The position numbers were made by a program, and so were the translations under genes. Below the pieces are notes generated by a model. The model saw only the letters and a list, made by a program, of their open reading frames with translations. It was not told the origin of the DNA and made no database searches. Below are positions 1 to 9,913 of a stretch of DNA of 32,000 nucleotides, one piece after another (positions within the stretch are counted from its first letter, which is position 1; the number at the start of each line of letters is the position of its first letter). This DNA comes from Aeropyrum pernix K1 (lineage in GTDB: Archaea > Thermoproteota > Thermoprotei_A > Sulfolobales > Acidilobaceae): assembly GCF_000011125.1 (NCBI RefSeq), contig NC_000854.2, forward strand, positions 1,620,001 to 1,652,000. The letters are read 5' to 3'.

Positions 1-161
1 CGCCTACACGGTACACCCACTCCCTTATCGAGCTGGAGAGGCTAGGCCTACCAGGCTTGGGGCTACAGTTCCCCGCGATTTCCTCTAACAGGGAGGTCCT
101 GTCCTTCGCACTGGCTATTGCCTTCTGCAGGAAGCTATCTCTCACGAACTACACCTCTTAG
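1..161 (+). CDS. C-terminal fragment of an unidentified protein, truncated by the window edge
   Basis: Open frame from position 3 ends at TAG 159-161 (...PTRYTHSLIELERLGLPGLGLQFPAISSNREVLSFALAIAFCRKLSLTNYTS*). It overlaps the convergent trpF end by 20 bp. Confidence 0.45.
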   Translation, partial: PTRYTHSLIELERLGLPGLGLQFPAISSNREVLSFALAIAFCRKLSLTNYTS

Positions 162-789
162 CGCCCATGATAAGCTCTGCGGATAAGAGTGGGTCTTTAA
201 CGCCGGGCACTCCTGTCTCAACGCCTCTACTCACATCTATCAGTGAAACCCCTGTTTCCACAGCCTTGCATGCGTCTCTTGGAGTTAATCCTCCGGCTAG
301 CCCCACTCGGTGGCTGCATCTGGACGCTTTTGCTGCCTCGTTGAGAGGGATTCTGTCTCTCAAACCCTTAGTAGTGTCGAGTAGGATGTACTCTGGCTCC
401 ACTCCCTCTTTGTTTAGCTCATTTATGTAGCCACAGGGCTCCTGAGGCTTCCAAGCGGAGCCAGTGTACTCGACCACGACTGCCAGGGTGACTCCTAGAG
501 GGTCTAATGTAGCCTGGAGGCTGGCAGCCGATGAGGGGAGAAGGGGCTCGTGGTACTGTAGTACGTCGAAGCCGTCTGCGGCTGCGGCTGCATAGCTGGG
601 CGAAGACCCGTGGACTACTAGGACGGTCTTGCTCTTCTCGATTTGAGAAGCCATGATTCTGGCCGCCTCCAGGGGAACACTCCTCGGGCCTCCCAGGAGG
701 CTGTGCACGAACCCGATGTAGTCAACCAGCCCGTCGAGCTGCAGTGCAGACTCTAGCTTTTTGACCCCGCATATCTTCACTTTCACCAC
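142..789 (-). CDS. trpF: Phosphoribosylanthranilate isomerase TrpF
   Basis: N-terminal VKVKICGVKKLE, QYHEP and GLAGGLTP..A motifs of TrpF; adjacent to trpB and trpA. Confidence 0.88.
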   Translation of the reverse strand: MVKVKICGVKKLESALQLDGLVDYIGFVHSLLGGPRSVPLEAARIMASQIEKSKTVLVVHGSSPSYAAAAADGFDVLQYHEPLLPSSAASLQATLDPLGVTLAVVVEYTGSAWKPQEPCGYINELNKEGVEPEYILLDTTKGLRDRIPLNEAAKASRCSHRVGLAGGLTPRDACKAVETGVSLIDVSRGVETGVPGVKDPLLSAELIMGAKRCSS

Positions 790-2066
790 ATAGAAGCACC
801 TCTTATCTCTAAAGCCTTCTGAAGGGCGTCCAGATCTAGGAGGCCGTGGCCGCTAAGGTTAAACGCGACTACAGAACCATCAGGCAGTTTTCTAGCGATT
901 CTGGCAGCCAACGCGACGGCATGGCTGCTCTCAGGGGCTGGGACCACCCCCTCACTCCGCGCCATAAGCAGTATTGACGCGAGAGCCTCCTCTTGGGGTA
1001 TTGCTTCCGCCTCAACCAGGCCGAGACGGCGTAGGATGCTGAGGCTCGGGGACACCCCGTGGTAGCGGAGGCCCGCTGCGTGGCTGGGAGGTGGAGTGTA
1101 GCGGTGTCCTAGAGTGTACATCTTCGCTAGGGGGAGGATGAGGCTGGAGTCTAGGCCGTCGTACCTGTACTCGCCTCTTGTGAGCTTCGGCGCGGCGGTG
1201 CTCTCAGCCGCTATGAACCTTGTCTTCTCAAAGCCTTCGCCCCTGAGCCGGGCCCCTATCATGGGGTATGTGAAGCCTCCAAAGTTGCTGCCCCCTCCCA
1301 CACACGCTACAACAACGTCAGGCTCCTCGGGGAGCTGATCCAGAGCCTCTAAGCCTATGACGGTCTGGTGCATAAGGACTGCCTCCAGCACGCTCCCAGG
1401 TAGGTAGCGTCGGTCCCCTGATTCCAGGGTGTACTCCACAGCCTCTGCTATAGCAAGGCCAAGGCTACCCGGGTGGGTGCTACCATACTCCTCCAAGGCC
1501 TCCCTGCCTGTGTCAGTAAGCTTGCTCGGGCTAGAGATCACTCTAGCGCCCTGGGCCTCCATGAGAAGTCTCCTCTGGATCTTCGACTTGAAGCTGCTGG
1601 CAGTCATGAACACTGTAGCCTTCAAACCCATTAATGCTGCGGCAGTGGAGGCCGCTAACCCCCATTGGCCTGCTCCAGTTTCTGTCACAATCTCTTTAGC
1701 TCCGTCTAGCTTAGCGTAATAGGCCTGGGCTATGGCCGTGTTAATCTTGTGGCTCCCCGTAGGTAGAACGGCCTCACTCTTATAATATATCCGAACCCTA
1801 CCTTTCACCCCGAGGACCTTCTCCAGCCCTTCGGCCCTGATGAGAGGGGTAGGCCTGCCAATCCTGGCTAGTGCCTTCCTCACCTCGCCGGGAATGTCAA
1901 CCCACCTCGCCAGGATGTACTCATCCTCTATCAACCTAGACGGCAGGATCCTCGAGAGGAGAGCGATCCTACTCTCCTCCCGCAACCCCTCGGGATCCCT
2001 TAAAGGAGGCAGCGGCTCCGGCAGGTCGGCGGCAATATTATACCATCTAAGGGGAACTGACACCAT
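783..2066 (-). CDS. trpB: Tryptophan synthase beta chain, TrpB2-type
   Basis: PLP lysine motif PTGSHKINTA, ETGAGQWG, CVGGGSNFGG; N-terminal LPEPLPP.. segment typical of the TrpB2 subfamily; overlaps trpF by 7 nt. Confidence 0.92.
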   Translation of the reverse strand: MVSVPLRWYNIAADLPEPLPPLRDPEGLREESRIALLSRILPSRLIEDEYILARWVDIPGEVRKALARIGRPTPLIRAEGLEKVLGVKGRVRIYYKSEAVLPTGSHKINTAIAQAYYAKLDGAKEIVTETGAGQWGLAASTAAALMGLKATVFMTASSFKSKIQRRLLMEAQGARVISSPSKLTDTGREALEEYGSTHPGSLGLAIAEAVEYTLESGDRRYLPGSVLEAVLMHQTVIGLEALDQLPEEPDVVVACVGGGSNFGGFTYPMIGARLRGEGFEKTRFIAAESTAAPKLTRGEYRYDGLDSSLILPLAKMYTLGHRYTPPPSHAAGLRYHGVSPSLSILRRLGLVEAEAIPQEEALASILLMARSEGVVPAPESSHAVALAARIARKLPDGSVVAFNLSGHGLLDLDALQKALEIRGASMW

Positions 2067-2071
2067 CTCCT

Positions 2072-2830
2072 CTAGCCACCTCTCTCACTTATGGCTGCGC
2101 GTATGCTACAGGCTAAGTGGCGAGCCTCCCCTAGCCTGCCGGACGAGACTAGGCGTGCAACTTCTGATCCCACAACGACGGCGTCTGCACCCGCCTCTAG
2201 GACCCTTAGAGCGTCTTCAGGGCTTTTGATGCTGAAGCCGGCTAGCATGTACACCTGCCCAACTATCTTCCTAGCAGTCTTCACGTTGCGCAGAAAGGCT
2301 AGTGGCAGCTTCACCCCTGTAGCTGGCTGAAGGCCCAGGTATATGAGGAGAGGGTCCAGTCTCCTATACCTGTCTAGCCAGCGGTGTGGGAATTTGGGTG
2401 AGGCGAAGAGACTCGGTTCCATGCCGAGCCGCCTAGACTCCTCAACGTACCATTCCACATGGCCAGGCAGCTCGAAGGGGAGGTCCGGAGGGAGAACGCT
2501 TAATGCCCCTTTTCTGGAAGCTTCCCTCAGTACTTCGCTGAAGCTCCACGGCTGTTCGGTGGCGTAGGCCATCACTATATATGGGACTCCGGCCTCTTGA
2601 GAAGCCTCCTCGGCTAGGCTGAGGGTTTTTGGCCCTGAGTAGCCGGACTCGACTGCTTTGAGGTGTGTGAGCCTTATGGTAGGCCCGTCGTAGAGCGGCT
2701 TGGGCGTGGGTATTCCTAGCTCCAGATAGTCTACACAACCTTTCAGGGTCGAGGCGATCTCGAGGAACGTGTCGGGGCTAGGCCAGGCTATTGTGAGGTA
2801 CACTGAAAAGCCGGGCCTAGCTATAGCCAT
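2072..2830 (-). CDS. trpA: Tryptophan synthase alpha chain TrpA
   Basis: [49 protein letters not shown] motifs; operonic with trpB2. Confidence 0.9.
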
Positions 2831-2834
2831 TGGC

Positions 2835-2981
2835 TCTTCATCACCGGTCCAGCCTCCTCCAGGGGCTCGTTGAATTGGGAACTCGTCACTTTTAAGCTAT
2901 AGCCTATTGGAGATCGGTTGAAAGAGCTTAAATACAGGTCGAGGCTGCTAGTTGTAGAATTGTGGTGAGAGAAATGAGCCA
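2835..2981. promoter_or_regulatory. Divergent trp promoter region
   Basis: Intergenic space between trpA (-) and trpD (+). TATA-like TTAAATA at ~2929-2935 for plus; CTTAAAAG on minus around 2889-2896; near-duplicated AGCTATAGCC(T)ATTGG elements. Confidence 0.5.
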
Positions 2982-4019
2982 ATGGTAAATAGTTTTGAAA
3001 AGTCTCGCTTCCTCCTTGTTAAAAAGCTCCTTGAAGGCGAGCCTCTGACCCCTGGGGAGGCCGCTCAACTTGCCCAAGCCATGCTCGACCCCTCCTTCGA
3101 CAACTCCCTCAAAGCAGCCGCCTTAGCGGCATTGAGGGTTAGAGGCGAGCAGCCTGGCGAGGTTGTAGGGTTTGCAAGGGCTCTTAGGGATAGAGCTGTT
3201 AGAGTTGAGTACGGTGGCGAGGTACTCTTGGATACCGCTGGCACCGGAGGCGACGGACTGAGCACACTCAACGCCAGCACTGCTGCTGCGCTGGTAGCGG
3301 CGAGCCTAGGGGTGCCGACAGCTAAGCACGGGAACAGGAGTTTCTCAAGCAAGAGCGGAAGCGCCGATGTAATGGAGATGCTGGGCTACAATATAAATCA
3401 TAGGGCTGATAGGGCTGTCAGAATGCTTTCTACACTGGGTTTCACCTTCCTCTATGCCCCGAACTATCACCCTGCTATGAAGGCTGTGGTGCCTGTAAGG
3501 AGAAAGCTCGCTACGCGAACGATATTTAACCTAGTGGGCCCGTTAGCAAACCCTGCCTTCAACAACGTTCAGGTGATAGGTGTTGCTAGGAGGAGCCTAA
3601 TGCCAGTTATTGCAAGTGCAGCATCGCTCCTAGGCTATGATGCAGTCCTTGTCGTTCATGGAGACCCCGGGATGGATGAGGTAAGTGTTACGGGAGAGAC
3701 CAAAATCCTGGAGGTTAGGAGGGGTAGGATAGAAGAGTATAGTATTACGCCCGAAGACCTGGGCCTGCCTATAACAGGTTTGAAGGAGCTTAGAGTCGCA
3801 AACGCTGTTGAGAGTGCAGAGAGGGTTAGGAGAGCCCTCTCCGGTAGGGGCAGGAGGAGTGATGAGGCTTTTATAGCTGCTAACGCTGCGGCAGCTCTCT
3901 ATGTCGCAGGGTTTGAGAAAGACTTGAAGGGTGCTGCAGAGGCTGCAGTACAGGCTATAAGAGAGGGCAGGCCTGCGGCACTGCTGGAGAAGGCTGTCAA
4001 GGCCTCCCTGGGGATGTGA
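2982..4019 (+). CDS. trpD: Anthranilate phosphoribosyltransferase TrpD
   Basis: LLDTAGTGGDGLSTLNASTAAALVAASLGVPTAKHGNRSFSSKSGSADVMEMLG and FNLVGPLANPA motifs. Confidence 0.93.
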   Translation: MVNSFEKSRFLLVKKLLEGEPLTPGEAAQLAQAMLDPSFDNSLKAAALAALRVRGEQPGEVVGFARALRDRAVRVEYGGEVLLDTAGTGGDGLSTLNASTAAALVAASLGVPTAKHGNRSFSSKSGSADVMEMLGYNINHRADRAVRMLSTLGFTFLYAPNYHPAMKAVVPVRRKLATRTIFNLVGPLANPAFNNVQVIGVARRSLMPVIASAASLLGYDAVLVVHGDPGMDEVSVTGETKILEVRRGRIEEYSITPEDLGLPITGLKELRVANAVESAERVRRALSGRGRRSDEAFIAANAAAALYVAGFEKDLKGAAEAAVQAIREGRPAALLEKAVKASLGM

Positions 4020-4022
4020 GAT

Positions 4023-5339
4023 TTGCCTTCACCCCCAGAGCCTCCCCTCCACTGGAGGGACTGTAGGCTAGAGCCTATCCTAGGATTTCCTAGGCCTAGG
4101 GAGCTAGCCAAGTCACTTGAAGTCCAGGGGGAGGAGTGGATAGCACTCCTTGAGAGTGGGGGAGGCCTACAGCATAGGAGCAGGTACTCTTTCCTAGCGT
4201 GGGGCAGGAGAAAGTCGAGTGAAACAGACGCTATCAGGGCGTATGAGGAACTCGAGCGCTTAGCGGACGATAAGTGCAGGGCGCTGCCTTGCCGCAGCCC
4301 CACGTTCTTTCTGGTATCCTATGAGGCTGTTGTCGGTGAGGAGCCGTGGCTATCGCGGCTGGTTGGTAGGCATGAGTGGCCAGGTATGACAGCCTTCTCC
4401 CCTGAATATGTTGTAGTCTACGATCACGCAGGGGGAAGGGTGTCGGTTTGCCCAGGTGACACCCCCCTTCCGGCGCCGGCGAGTAGGAAAGAGAGTTTCT
4501 CGGCGGAAGGCCCTACCTATGAGACCTCCAGGAAAGGGTTCGAAGCTATGGTCGCTGACGCGTTGGAGAGGATCAGGGCTGGAGAGGCTTTCCAGGTAGT
4601 GTTATCCAGGGTTGAGAGGTATAGGGTCTGGGGGAGCCTGTTTAGCGCGTATGAGAGGCTCGCCGATGCCAACCCTAGTCCCTACCTATACTACGCTAGG
4701 CTGGGCGGCAGGGTTATCATAGGGAGTAGCCCGGAGCTCCTGGTCAAGCTGGAGGCGGGCAGAGTTGAGACTCACCCGATAGCTGGTACCAGGCCTCGCG
4801 GCTCAACGCCCATTGAGGACATCGAGTTAGAAGTAGAGTTGTTGAACGACGAGAAGGAGAGGGCAGAGCATGTGATGCTTGTTGACCTGGCTAGGAACGA
4901 TATAACCCGTGTATCGATCCCTGGAACCGTACAGGTAACAAGCTTCATGGATATCGAGAGATACGAGACTGTAATGCATATAGTAAGCAGGGTTGAAGGA
5001 GTGACAAGGCCCAGCACCACATTCGTCGAAGCCCTTAAAGCCCTCCACCCTGCAGGCACGGTTAGCGGAGCGCCAAAGCCTAGGGCCATGGAAATTATAG
5101 CCGAACTAGAGGAAGAGGCCAGGGGCCCCTACGCAGGAGCCATAGGAGTAGCGGGTTCTAGCGCGGGCGAGGCGGCCATAGTGCTGAGGAGCGCCTGGCT
5201 CCTAGATGACGGGGAGACCTTGGAAGCTAGAGCTGGCGCCGGGATAGTCTATGATAGCAAGCCCGAGAGAGAGTACATGGAGACTGTCCAGAAACTCGGA
5301 AGCCTAAAGAGGGCTCTGGGGGTGGATATGTGTGGCTGA
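4023..5339 (+). CDS. trpE: Anthranilate synthase component I TrpE
   Basis: Chorismate-binding enzyme motifs (GEAFQVVLSR, VGTR-like IAGTRPRGSTPIEDIELE, LLNDEKERAEHVMLVDLARND, HPAGTVSGAPKPRAMEII, YAGAIG); TTG start just after trpD. Confidence 0.92.
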   Translation: MPSPPEPPLHWRDCRLEPILGFPRPRELAKSLEVQGEEWIALLESGGGLQHRSRYSFLAWGRRKSSETDAIRAYEELERLADDKCRALPCRSPTFFLVSYEAVVGEEPWLSRLVGRHEWPGMTAFSPEYVVVYDHAGGRVSVCPGDTPLPAPASRKESFSAEGPTYETSRKGFEAMVADALERIRAGEAFQVVLSRVERYRVWGSLFSAYERLADANPSPYLYYARLGGRVIIGSSPELLVKLEAGRVETHPIAGTRPRGSTPIEDIELEVELLNDEKERAEHVMLVDLARNDITRVSIPGTVQVTSFMDIERYETVMHIVSRVEGVTRPSTTFVEALKALHPAGTVSGAPKPRAMEIIAELEEEARGPYAGAIGVAGSSAGEAAIVLRSAWLLDDGETLEARAGAGIVYDSKPEREYMETVQKLGSLKRALGVDMCG

Positions 5340-5922
5340 CACGAAGGTGCTGGTCATAGACAACTACGATAGCTTCGTTTACAACATTGTAGATGTGCTG
5401 GCGAGGCTCGGAGCCGAGAGTATAGTGCTTAGAAATGATGAGGTGTCACCTAAAATCGCCAGGAGGCTGAAACCGGATAGAATTGTGATAAGCCCCGGAC
5501 CCGGGAACCCGTTAAACCCTCGTGATTCCGGCAGAGCGCCTGATATAGTGAGGGAGATGGCGAGGAACACTCCCGTCCTGGGCATCTGCCTCGGCCACCA
5601 AATCATCGGGCTCCTATATGGCGCGAAGGTAGAGAGGGCTCCCAAACCAATGCATGGGAAGACTAGTCCTGTGGAACACTACGGTCACAAGCTATACAGA
5701 GGAGTCCCTAGGGTGTTCCAGGCTATGCGCTACCACAGCCTAGCAGTATACGACCCTCCCGAGGAACTACAAGTCGATAGCGTCAGTTTGGACGACAAGG
5801 TAATCATGGGTATAAGCCACGCCGAGTTACCTGTCTACGGAGTCCAATTCCACCCCGAAAGCATAGGCACCCCCCACGGAGAGGTCATAGTGAGAAACTT
5901 CCTAGACGATCCCTGGCCGTGA
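5332..5922 (+). CDS. trpG: Anthranilate synthase component II (glutamine amidotransferase) TrpG
   Basis: DNYDSFVYNIV, SPGPGNP, GICLGHQIIG catalytic motif, GVQFHPES; GTG start overlapping the end of trpE by 8 nt. Confidence 0.93.
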   Translation: MADTKVLVIDNYDSFVYNIVDVLARLGAESIVLRNDEVSPKIARRLKPDRIVISPGPGNPLNPRDSGRAPDIVREMARNTPVLGICLGHQIIGLLYGAKVERAPKPMHGKTSPVEHYGHKLYRGVPRVFQAMRYHSLAVYDPPEELQVDSVSLDDKVIMGISHAELPVYGVQFHPESIGTPHGEVIVRNFLDDPWP

Positions 5923-6091
5923 GCCCCATAAACGGCTCCACCGCCTGCCAACGTTGAAAAAACCTTGGGATAATGATCGCTTTAGCCCCATAGGGTTATG
6001 GAGGATTTGAAACTGAGCTAAGCTCCCATATTCAAGTGGCTTGTTTCCGGGTGTGCCAAAATAAAAAGGTTGGGAAACTATTTATGTTCAT

Positions 6092-9000
6092 CTAGCGAAC
6101 GGCAAATCTTATGTCCTTGAACGTAACTTTCTTTATAATCGTCTCGTCAGCCCTGCCTATCTTCCTCAGATTTGCTAGGGTGAGCTTGTAGTCGGGGTTC
6201 TGTGCTGCCGGGTCAACGCTTGGCGTCGTTACAGCGTTTGCACCTACCGCTTTCGGATGGGCCATTATGAGGAATATCGTGCCCGGCGCTACCACCCTCG
6301 TTACCCATACCATGGCTGTCGTGGAACCATAGTCGTTATAGATTACAACTATGTCGCCGTTCTCAAGACCTTCCTTCGCAGCGTCCTCCGGGTTGACCTG
6401 GACGATGTTCATCGGGTGTCTAGCCATAATTTCTACGACGTTGGGGTCTGCATAGCCTGTCTGCCATATAGCGTTGTACCTACCGTTGACAACCCAGTAC
6501 TTATAGCCCTTCCTTATCAGCTCGTCCACATACGGCGGGTACTTATCCCATACTGCTGGCCACGGTTTTAGGTGGCCTGGGACGTAGCTTCTAACAGTCT
6601 CGTTGGAAGGTACGACTTCGATCCTCCTGACTATGGTGCCGTCTGGCTTCACAACAACCACTTCCTCCCGGTAGGTGTCGTTTAGGGCGGGCTCCATGAT
6701 GTTTACCACTCCTCTGACCTCGATTGTGCCGTCTGGCTTCACGTCTAGCTTAGTTATCGGCAGTACGGTGCCGATGGTCCTGAGCTTCCTCAGTATGTTC
6801 AGGTCGAGCTTCTTGAACTCCGGCGTCCAGTACTGGACCTCCCAGTGGACTCCCAGCCTTGCATAGGCTTCGTCGGCGTTGGCTATGTAGGTTTTGAAGA
6901 TCTCGTTCTCAACCTCAACCGTCGGATCCCTAGCGTTGGCTTCCATGGCGTCCCATATAGGCTTAAAGGCCTTTCTGAACCTCTCTGCGACTGGGTCGCC
7001 ACCTCTACCCTCTTCTTCGTATAGCTCGACTATCCTCTTAGCTACGTTCGCGAGTATCCACCAGTCGGGCTTAGCCTCTCCCGGCGGGTCGAGCCAGGCG
7101 TCTGCTATCCTGAACCTCCTCTCGTGAACCCCCATTCTGACGTCGGGCCACTCTCCATTGTTGAACGCTGCAGGGAGTACTACGTGGGCGTCTTCAACCA
7201 TGAAGGTCGGGTAGATGTCCTCGACTATGACGAAGAGGCCTCCAGTCTCTTCAAGGGCCTGGAGCACCTTCTCGGCATACTCCCTGGAGGACGGCGGGGT
7301 CGTTATCACCGGCTCCAGAGCATTGGGGTCGTAGTTGGGCTCCGACTCTTTCCCTCCCACGTTGGCGTAGGCTTCGGCGAACACATACCTTGTTACCCTC
7401 CATGCCCTATCTCCCACGACTGCCTTGAGCCTCTGGGAGTTAGGCGCGAGCCTGTAGTTGTCCATGTCAATGACCCAGAGAACCTTACCCTCACCGTTAG
7501 CCAGCCTGAAATCAGTTGTTGGCATGTAGAAGTCGGCTCTCGGGTATTTCGTGTTATAGTACTCGTCGTAGAGGCTCTTGTCCGGATAAGCTATGTGATG
7601 CCTCTCATCGGTCCATGGCGGTGGTGGGGGCGCTGGGCTGGCGAAGCCCTCCTGGTGCCCTCCCTGCCTCTGGCAGCCACATCCCGGGAGACCTCTCGTT
7701 GCTCCAGCTATCATGCATAGGTCGAATAGGCTGTAGATGGATCTGTAGTTCTGGTTCCATATTATCCCCTTCTCGTACATTAACCATACTCTCTTGGGGT
7801 ATCCTCCCTCCTTCCTCTCGGCTATCCATTTGGCGGCTAGTTCTATCTTGTCCCTCGGCACTCCTGTTATGCTCTCGGCCTCGGCGAGGACCTCATCCAA
7901 CGTCTCCTCGCCGACCTGTAGCGCCTCCGAAACATACTTCTGGAAGCCCTCCTCATCCCATTTGAACCCCCAGCCGGCAGCTGATCTATAGTGGTTGACA
8001 AACTCCTCCACAACATCACCGTATCTCTCGTAAATGACTCTGGCTATCGCGTTCGCGAGCACTATGTCAGTGCCCGGCTTCACCTGAAGGTGCAACACCC
8101 TGTCCTTACCCGCGGCAGCTTCAGCTGCTTCAACAGTCTCCGTCCTCCTCGGATCAACAATTATTATCCTACTATCTATCACGGGCTCTCCGGGGTTAAA
8201 CCACCTCTGCTTCTCAGCCTTGGTGGCGCCCCTTAGATTGTCGAGGACGTGTTTCACGAACATGACAGTCGCAGTGGAGTAGGGATTATTACCCCACAGT
8301 ATTATCGTGTCGGCAAGCCTGAGGTCGTGGTAGGAGGTATTCATGGCGCCGGGTCCTGCATCGCCTGCCGCAGGGTTCTCGGGCCCGAAGAAGGGCCGGT
8401 TATGTATTCTGGCGAATGCTGTTCTCACGCCGTAGAAGAAGAACAGGCCGACGACTGTGTTGAAGATCATACCGCCACCGCCGCCGCCACCGTGGTCCAT
8501 ACGGTGGGCGAAGACTGCGTGCCCTTCCTTACCCCACCCTGGCCTCTCTATCCCCCACTTGTCGATAACTCCCTTGACAACCCTTGCAACAAGGTCTATA
8601 GCATACTCCCAGGAAACGGGCTCTAGCCTCCCACCGAACCTGACCAGGGGCTTAGTGAGCCTCCTCTCCCCAGCGATGTTCCAGGGGCTCCATATCCTCT
8701 CTGCCTGGGTACCGCCTCTCACCGAGTGGTTGCCCCAGTTTATGGGGCACTCGGGGCTCGGAACCTGCGCGACGTAAACCTCCCTCCAGCCTCCTGTCCC
8801 TCTACCCCTCTCCCAGGTTCTCCTTATCGTCTTGACTACCATAGCCTCGGATATCCAGGGCTCACCCTCCTCGGCGCTGAGGCCTGTGTGCTCCTTTGTG
8901 AAGTCGGGCTGCTTTACCAGGTTCCTCCCGTAAGCCTCGTCGACTATCTTATACTCTATACCGTGTCCACCTGGCTCCGGGGACCCCTCAGCACCGGCGG

Positions 9001-9115
9001 GCCATACGTACACATCGTAGCCGCAGCCCACGTTGCAGAACTGGCACATAGTTGTGTAGTGCTGGGCCCCCTTTGGGGGTAGAGGTACTCTCCCCATCCT
9101 CGGGTAGACCATCAC
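6092..9115 (-). CDS. Arsenite-oxidase-like large molybdopterin oxidoreductase subunit (AioA-like)
   Basis: N-terminal MCQFCNVGCGYDVYVWPAG (Fe-S Cys motif of AioA type), MDHGGGGGGG, VDPRRTETVEAAEAAAGKDRVLHLQVKPGTDIVLANA, QRQGGHQEG, C-terminal molybdopterin-binding region; operonic with a Rieske gene. Confidence 0.85.
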   Translation of the reverse strand: MMVYPRMGRVPLPPKGAQHYTTMCQFCNVGCGYDVYVWPAGAEGSPEPGGHGIEYKIVDEAYGRNLVKQPDFTKEHTGLSAEEGEPWISEAMVVKTIRRTWERGRGTGGWREVYVAQVPSPECPINWGNHSVRGGTQAERIWSPWNIAGERRLTKPLVRFGGRLEPVSWEYAIDLVARVVKGVIDKWGIERPGWGKEGHAVFAHRMDHGGGGGGGMIFNTVVGLFFFYGVRTAFARIHNRPFFGPENPAAGDAGPGAMNTSYHDLRLADTIILWGNNPYSTATVMFVKHVLDNLRGATKAEKQRWFNPGEPVIDSRIIIVDPRRTETVEAAEAAAGKDRVLHLQVKPGTDIVLANAIARVIYERYGDVVEEFVNHYRSAAGWGFKWDEEGFQKYVSEALQVGEETLDEVLAEAESITGVPRDKIELAAKWIAERKEGGYPKRVWLMYEKGIIWNQNYRSIYSLFDLCMIAGATRGLPGCGCQRQGGHQEGFASPAPPPPPWTDERHHIAYPDKSLYDEYYNTKYPRADFYMPTTDFRLANGEGKVLWVIDMDNYRLAPNSQRLKAVVGDRAWRVTRYVFAEAYANVGGKESEPNYDPNALEPVITTPPSSREYAEKVLQALEETGGLFVIVEDIYPTFMVEDAHVVLPAAFNNGEWPDVRMGVHERRFRIADAWLDPPGEAKPDWWILANVAKRIVELYEEEGRGGDPVAERFRKAFKPIWDAMEANARDPTVEVENEIFKTYIANADEAYARLGVHWEVQYWTPEFKKLDLNILRKLRTIGTVLPITKLDVKPDGTIEVRGVVNIMEPALNDTYREEVVVVKPDGTIVRRIEVVPSNETVRSYVPGHLKPWPAVWDKYPPYVDELIRKGYKYWVVNGRYNAIWQTGYADPNVVEIMARHPMNIVQVNPEDAAKEGLENGDIVVIYNDYGSTTAMVWVTRVVAPGTIFLIMAHPKAVGANAVTTPSVDPAAQNPDYKLTLANLRKIGRADETIIKKVTFKDIRFAVR

Positions 9116-9744
9116 GCCTTCACCCCCTGCAGGTTGTCGTAACGGCCGTACACTAGGGCCGTGAAACCGACTGCAAAAATGTCGCCCGAGGCCTCGTCAT
9201 ACTCAAGGATAACCTGTGGTAGATATTCGGTCGCGTGGCCTACCACAGGCTGTCCACCCCTAGACGGGTCGAACTGGGAGAAGTGTAGGGGGCAAATCAA
9301 TGTCTTTGTGTTACCGTCGAATATGAGGAAACCGCCCATGTGGGTGCATAGCATGCTGAAAGCTACAATATCCTTGTCAGGCCCGACACCGTTGACAGCC
9401 TCCTCCCCAAGCTTTATAACTACAATCCTATGGCCAATGTACTCCTTGAAAACAGGCTGCCCCTCCCTGAGCTCGCTAACGTTTGCAATCTTAACCTTGG
9501 GATACTTTTTCTCCACAAGCTGAACCTGAGTTTGGGTCTCAGTGACAGTAGCAGTCTCAGTCGCGGTGGCCGTGACAGTCTGCGTCGGCCCAGGCTTCAC
9601 AACCTCCTTTTCCCTCGGGAATGCAGTGCTCCCTACAACAGCTCCCACTATGAATGCAGCGGCGCCAGCACCAGCAGCGGCAAGAAATTCTCTCCTGGTT
9701 ATACGTAGACCCTTATCTTCCCCACCATTATCACTCCTGGACAC
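9112..9744 (-). CDS. Rieske iron-sulfur small subunit with Tat signal (AioB-like)
   Basis: Twin-arginine signal ITRREFLAAAGAGAAAFIVG; Rieske cluster motifs CTHMG...CPLHFSQFD; GTG start preceded by GGAGGGTGA SD-like sequence; 4-nt overlap with the large subunit. Confidence 0.87.
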   Translation of the reverse strand: MSRSDNGGEDKGLRITRREFLAAAGAGAAAFIVGAVVGSTAFPREKEVVKPGPTQTVTATATETATVTETQTQVQLVEKKYPKVKIANVSELREGQPVFKEYIGHRIVVIKLGEEAVNGVGPDKDIVAFSMLCTHMGGFLIFDGNTKTLICPLHFSQFDPSRGGQPVVGHATEYLPQVILEYDEASGDIFAVGFTALVYGRYDNLQGVKA

Positions 9745-9913
9745 TTATAAGTCACCCTCCTTAAGGGGGGAAGTCATTAAACTCAAATAATCGGGGAATT
9801 AGTAGATATTTCTTGTTAAAATGTTAGTATTGATAAAACAGAATTTCATATGAGATAATATGAGAAAAATACAAATATAAGGCAACAATTATTAGGGGAA
9901 AACAGCTGAGGTG

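Noticed and set aside
167-430. Plus-strand ORF antisense to trpF, and similar antisense ORFs across trpB, trpA, aioA-like, ABC and BMP genes
   Set aside because: Long antisense frames are expected in high-GC DNA. Their translations are low-complexity Ser/Leu/Pro-rich and no family motifs were seen, while the opposite strand carries clear conserved genes.
7124-7965. Long plus-strand ORFs (198 and 149 aa) inside the aioA-like gene
   Set aside because: They lie fully antisense to a recognisable molybdopterin subunit with continuous motifs. No independent coding evidence was found.
8480-8510. GGT/GGC-type triplet run as a possible microsatellite or phase-variable tract
   Set aside because: It encodes the glycine-rich HGGxGGG active-site loop known in AioA proteins and uses mixed codons, so protein constraint explains it.
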